From NCBI GenBank assembly GCA_965205265.1, contig CBDBGH010000003.1, positions 1,088,001-1,152,000 of the forward strand: a stretch of DNA of 64,000 bases, in the 5' to 3' direction. Source of the DNA: Alphaproteobacteria bacterium. Lineage in GTDB: Bacteria > Pseudomonadota > Alphaproteobacteria > Bin95. The notes beneath the pieces are model-generated. The model worked only from the letters and a program-made list of their open reading frames with translations, was not told the origin of the DNA and did no database searches. The position numbers and the translations under genes were made by a program. This document shows, in pieces, positions 61,005 through 64,000 of the stretch. Numbering within the stretch: the first letter of the stretch is position 1; each line of letters starts with the position of its first letter.

Positions 61005-62198
61005 ATGCCGGGTCCGTTCCACGGCCTGAGAGTGATCGACCTGACGACGGTGGTCGTAGGTCCCTATACGAGCCAGTTCCTCGGGGACCTCGGCGCCGAT
61101 GTCGTCAAGGTGGAGGCGCCCGAAGGCGACCTCTCGCGGCTGGTCGGGCCCCACCGCAATCCGGGTATGACCTCGCAGTGGATGCATGTGAACCGGAACA
61201 AGCGCAGCGTCGTTCTCGACCTCAAGACGGAAGGCGGCAAGCAGGCGATGGACCGGCTGCTCGGGACAGCCGACGTTTTCGTCCACAATATGCGGCCCGA
61301 ACCCCTCGCGCGCCTCGGCCTCGACTATGCGCGCGTGTCCGGGATCAGGCCGGACATCGTGTTCTGCAATATCTGGGGGTTCGGGCGCCGCGGCCCTTAT
61401 GCCGGTCGGGCGGCCTTCGACGACGTGATCCAGGCCGGCGTCGGCCTCGCCGCGCTGGAAGGTTTCGCCACGGGCGAGGCGAAATACGTGCCGATGCTGA
61501 TCGCCGACAAGACGACGGCGCTGTTCGCGGCGCTCGCGGTCTCGGGCGCGCTCTACCACCGTCTTGCGACCGGCGAGGGGCAGGAGGTCGAAGTGCCGAT
61601 GTTCGAGAGCATGGCCGGGTTCGCGCTCGTCGAGCATCTCTGGGGCGAGAGCTTCGTGCCGGCCCTGGACCGGGTGGGCTCGGACCGCCACGCCACGCCG
61701 AAGCGCTGGCCGATTGCCACGAAGGACGGGTTCATCTGCGTGCTGGCGACGTCCGACAAGCACTGGCGCGCCCTGCTGGAGGTTGCCGGGCGGCCGGGGC
61801 TGATGGACGACCCGCGCTATGCGACCCGTCCGGCCCGTTTCCGGCACCGGGACGAGATCAACGCCGAACTCGAAACATGGATGCAGGAAAAGACCACCGA
61901 GGAATGGGCGGGGCCGCTGTCGGAGGCGGGCGTGCCCTGCATGCCCGTGCAAAGCCTCGAACAGGTGGTCGCGGACCCGCATCTGGCCGAGGTCGGCTTC
62001 TGGCACGAGATGGACCATCCGAGCGAGGGCCGGCTCAGGTTGATGGCGCCTTCTCTCGCGCTCAACCGCTCGCCTGCCTCGATCCGCCGCCCGCCGCCGC
62101 GCCAGGGCGAGCATACGCGCGAGGTGCTGGCGGAAATCGGCTTCGACGCCGCCGGGGTCGAGGACCTGTTGGCCTCCGGCGGGGCGATTGCGGAATAA
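61005..62198 (+). CDS. CaiB/BaiF family CoA-transferase
   Basis: GLRVIDLTTVVVGP, LGDLGADVVKVE, NRNKRS, HNMRP, IADKT, PPRQGEHT. Confidence 0.94.
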   Translation: MPGPFHGLRVIDLTTVVVGPYTSQFLGDLGADVVKVEAPEGDLSRLVGPHRNPGMTSQWMHVNRNKRSVVLDLKTEGGKQAMDRLLGTADVFVHNMRPEPLARLGLDYARVSGIRPDIVFCNIWGFGRRGPYAGRAAFDDVIQAGVGLAALEGFATGEAKYVPMLIADKTTALFAALAVSGALYHRLATGEGQEVEVPMFESMAGFALVEHLWGESFVPALDRVGSDRHATPKRWPIATKDGFICVLATSDKHWRALLEVAGRPGLMDDPRYATRPARFRHRDEINAELETWMQEKTTEEWAGPLSEAGVPCMPVQSLEQVVADPHLAEVGFWHEMDHPSEGRLRLMAPSLALNRSPASIRRPPPRQGEHTREVLAEIGFDAAGVEDLLASGGAIAE

Positions 62199-62209
62199 TG
62201 TAGTTACAT
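62198..62209. promoter_or_regulatory. Putative TA autoregulatory operator
   Basis: ATGTA-GT-TACAT inverted repeat in the AT-rich region upstream of the antitoxin. Confidence 0.5.
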
Positions 62210-62275
62210 GGTGGTCTTGAATTGTTGGCGCGGCGGAGCATGTTGTCGTCATTGGTAGCGTAAGGAGCGGTTCTT

Positions 62276-62557
62276 ATGGAAATGGCTCTCAGGGAGGCCA
62301 AGGCGCGCCTTTCCGAATTGGTCGCCGAGGCCTGCCGGGGCGAGCGCGTGGTCATCACCAAATACGGCCGGCCGGTGGTCGAACTGGTGCGCTGCGAACG
62401 GCGCGGCGGGATCGATTTCGACAAGCTGGAGGAAGACCGCCGGCGGCTCGGACTTGTCGATGCGCCGCCGGAAGAGGTTGCAGCCATGGAGGCGGCGCTC
62501 AACGATCCTGCATTAAGTCGCCGGGTGCTCGGTCTCGACGACGAGGACGGCGCGTAG
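62276..62557 (+). CDS. Phd/YefM family antitoxin
   Basis: LREAKARLSELV....GERVVITKYGRPVVEL; AAGGAG RBS. Confidence 0.92.
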   Translation: MEMALREAKARLSELVAEACRGERVVITKYGRPVVELVRCERRGGIDFDKLEEDRRRLGLVDAPPEEVAAMEAALNDPALSRRVLGLDDEDGA

Positions 62558-62560
62558 CCC

Positions 62561-62971
62561 GTGCGCGTCCTGCTCGATACGACCTATCTTTACAGGTTCA
62601 TGGAAGCGGCAGCGGCGTTGACGGAAAACGACCGCCGGTTTTTCGGTATGCGGGAGCTGCAGCTCTATGCGAGCGCGGTGTCGATCTGGGAGATGCGGCT
62701 GAAGCACAGTGCCCGCCATGCCTCGGGCGAGCGCAAGAGCCGGTTCGATCCGAACGACGTGATTCCCGTGCTGGAAAACCAGGGTGTGACATTCCTGCCG
62801 ATGACGATACGCCACGCGGCGCGCGCCCTCGATACGCCGCTCGGCCACAGGGACCCGTTCGACGAATTGCTGCTCGTCCAGGCGCAGGAGGAAGGGCTCA
62901 GGCTGCTCACCGTGGACCGTCTCCTCATCGGCCATCCGCTCGCGGTCGCCTCGCACGAGGCCGGATCGTGA
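62561..62971 (+). CDS. VapC-family PIN toxin
   Basis: VLLDT, SAVSIWE, HRDPFD.LL.QA..EGL.LLT.D. Confidence 0.92.
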   Translation: MRVLLDTTYLYRFMEAAAALTENDRRFFGMRELQLYASAVSIWEMRLKHSARHASGERKSRFDPNDVIPVLENQGVTFLPMTIRHAARALDTPLGHRDPFDELLLVQAQEEGLRLLTVDRLLIGHPLAVASHEAGS

Positions 62972-63528
62972 TGCAGGACGTGCCGGCGGGGCACATCGCC
63001 GCTGTCGTCACCGACCTGGAGATGACGGCGCCGCCCGCCGATCCCGGCCCTACCGCGCCGCTGGTAAGGTGGCCTGACCCGGACCTCAATGCTTACCGCG
63101 CACTGTTTCGGGAGATCGGCGAGGAATGGCTCTGGTTCTCGCGCCTGTCTCTCCCGGACGAGGCGTTGGCGGCCATCCTGCGCGATCCGCAGGTGGAGCT
63201 CTATGCGGGACCGGACAGGGAGAGCATCGTCGAGCTCGATTTTCGCGGGCATGGGGCGTGCGAGATCGCGTTTTTCGGGCTGGCGCCGTTCATGACCGGA
63301 CGCGGGAAAGGGCGCCGGCTGATGGCGGCGGCGCTCGCCCTGGCCTGGCGCGAGGGCATCGGCCGGGTCTGGCTTCATACCTGCACGCTCGACCACCCGG
63401 CGGCGCTTCGCTTCTACCTTTCCTGCGGCTTCCGCGCGGTGCGCCGGCGGGTCGAGATCGAACCCGACCCGAGGCTCGACGGGCGGATCGCGCCGGAAGC
63501 CGCGGCGCACCATCCCGTCATCCGTTGA
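62968..63528 (+). CDS. GNAT family acetyltransferase
   Basis: EIAFFGL....GRGKGRRLM, RVWLHTCTLDHPAAL.FY...GF. Confidence 0.9.
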   Translation: MMQDVPAGHIAAVVTDLEMTAPPADPGPTAPLVRWPDPDLNAYRALFREIGEEWLWFSRLSLPDEALAAILRDPQVELYAGPDRESIVELDFRGHGACEIAFFGLAPFMTGRGKGRRLMAAALALAWREGIGRVWLHTCTLDHPAALRFYLSCGFRAVRRRVEIEPDPRLDGRIAPEAAAHHPVIR

Positions 63529-63616
63529 ACGCGGCTTCCAAGAGCCGCATTGCACCGGGCCGCAGGAATCCCATAGACCGGTTTCGATGGACATTTCCGA
63601 ATGGGGAACGAGGAAC

Positions 63617-64000
63617 ATGCAAATATCCATGACCGGGCGCACGGCGCTCATTACCGGCGGCAGCGACGGCATGGGCCGGGCGATGGCGCTGAAATTCGCA
63701 GGCGCCGGCGCATCGGTCGCCATCGCCGCCCGCCGCCAGGGGCCGCTCGACGAGGCGCTGGCGGCGCTCGAAGCGGTTGCGCCCGGCCGTGCGGCCGCTT
63801 TTTCCGCCGATGTCAGCACGGCCGAAGACTGCGAACGGATCTACCGCGATACCGTCGCGCGGTTCGGCGCCGTGGATATCCTGGTCAACAATGCCGGGAC
63901 CTCGCAGACCGGAAAGTTCGAGGAGATCGACGACGCCACCTGGCAGGCCGACCTCGACCTCAAGCTGTTCGCCGCGATCCGGCTGTCCCGGCTGGCGCTG
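63617..64000 (+). CDS. SDR family oxidoreductase (partial, runs off the window)
   Basis: GAGGA RBS, MQISMTGRTALITGGSDGMG, DILVNNAG. Confidence 0.9.
   Translation, partial: MQISMTGRTALITGGSDGMGRAMALKFAGAGASVAIAARRQGPLDEALAALEAVAPGRAAAFSADVSTAEDCERIYRDTVARFGAVDILVNNAGTSQTGKFEEIDDATWQADLDLKLFAAIRLSRLAL

Noticed and set aside
62968-63528. GNAT as a third TA toxin
   Set aside because: It has host-like GC and the common HTCTLDHP-type GNAT motif, and no RHH antitoxin typical of GNAT toxins.

Overview
High-GC bacterial chromosomal window, most consistent with an Alphaproteobacterium (conserved tlpA/argH-lipoprotein-lysA-TIGR02302 block, pyrB with a pyrC'-type partner, alphaproteobacterial REP-like palindromes). 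It mixes housekeeping genes (cysS, pyrF, argH, lysA, pyrB, DEAD-box helicase) with many catabolic enzymes: three CaiB/BaiF CoA-transferases, four SDRs, three Fe(II)/2-oxoglutarate dioxygenases, a thiolase-like/DUF35 pair, two acyl-CoA dehydrogenase-fold proteins, two molybdoenzymes and MmgE/PrpD. There are also two Opp/Dpp-type ABC clusters and two PIN toxin-antitoxin pairs. A complete IS21-family element (47471-50261, 6-bp target duplication GCGGGT) splits an MDR dehydrogenase gene. The most unusual stretches are: (i) a non-canonical module at about 33640-34175 with an AT-rich promoter, a perfect 22-bp hairpin, an RBS plus a terminase-small-subunit-like N-terminus, 10-bp phased repeats and a REP-like doublet; (ii) a Tat-signal SDR of mycofactocin/nicotinoprotein type with a divergent TetR; (iii) a low-GC NucS-like nuclease; and (iv) 42-bp-phased transposase-site repeats inside the IS21. 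I saw no rRNA, tRNA or CRISPR array. All family assignments come from motif recognition by eye, not from database searches.
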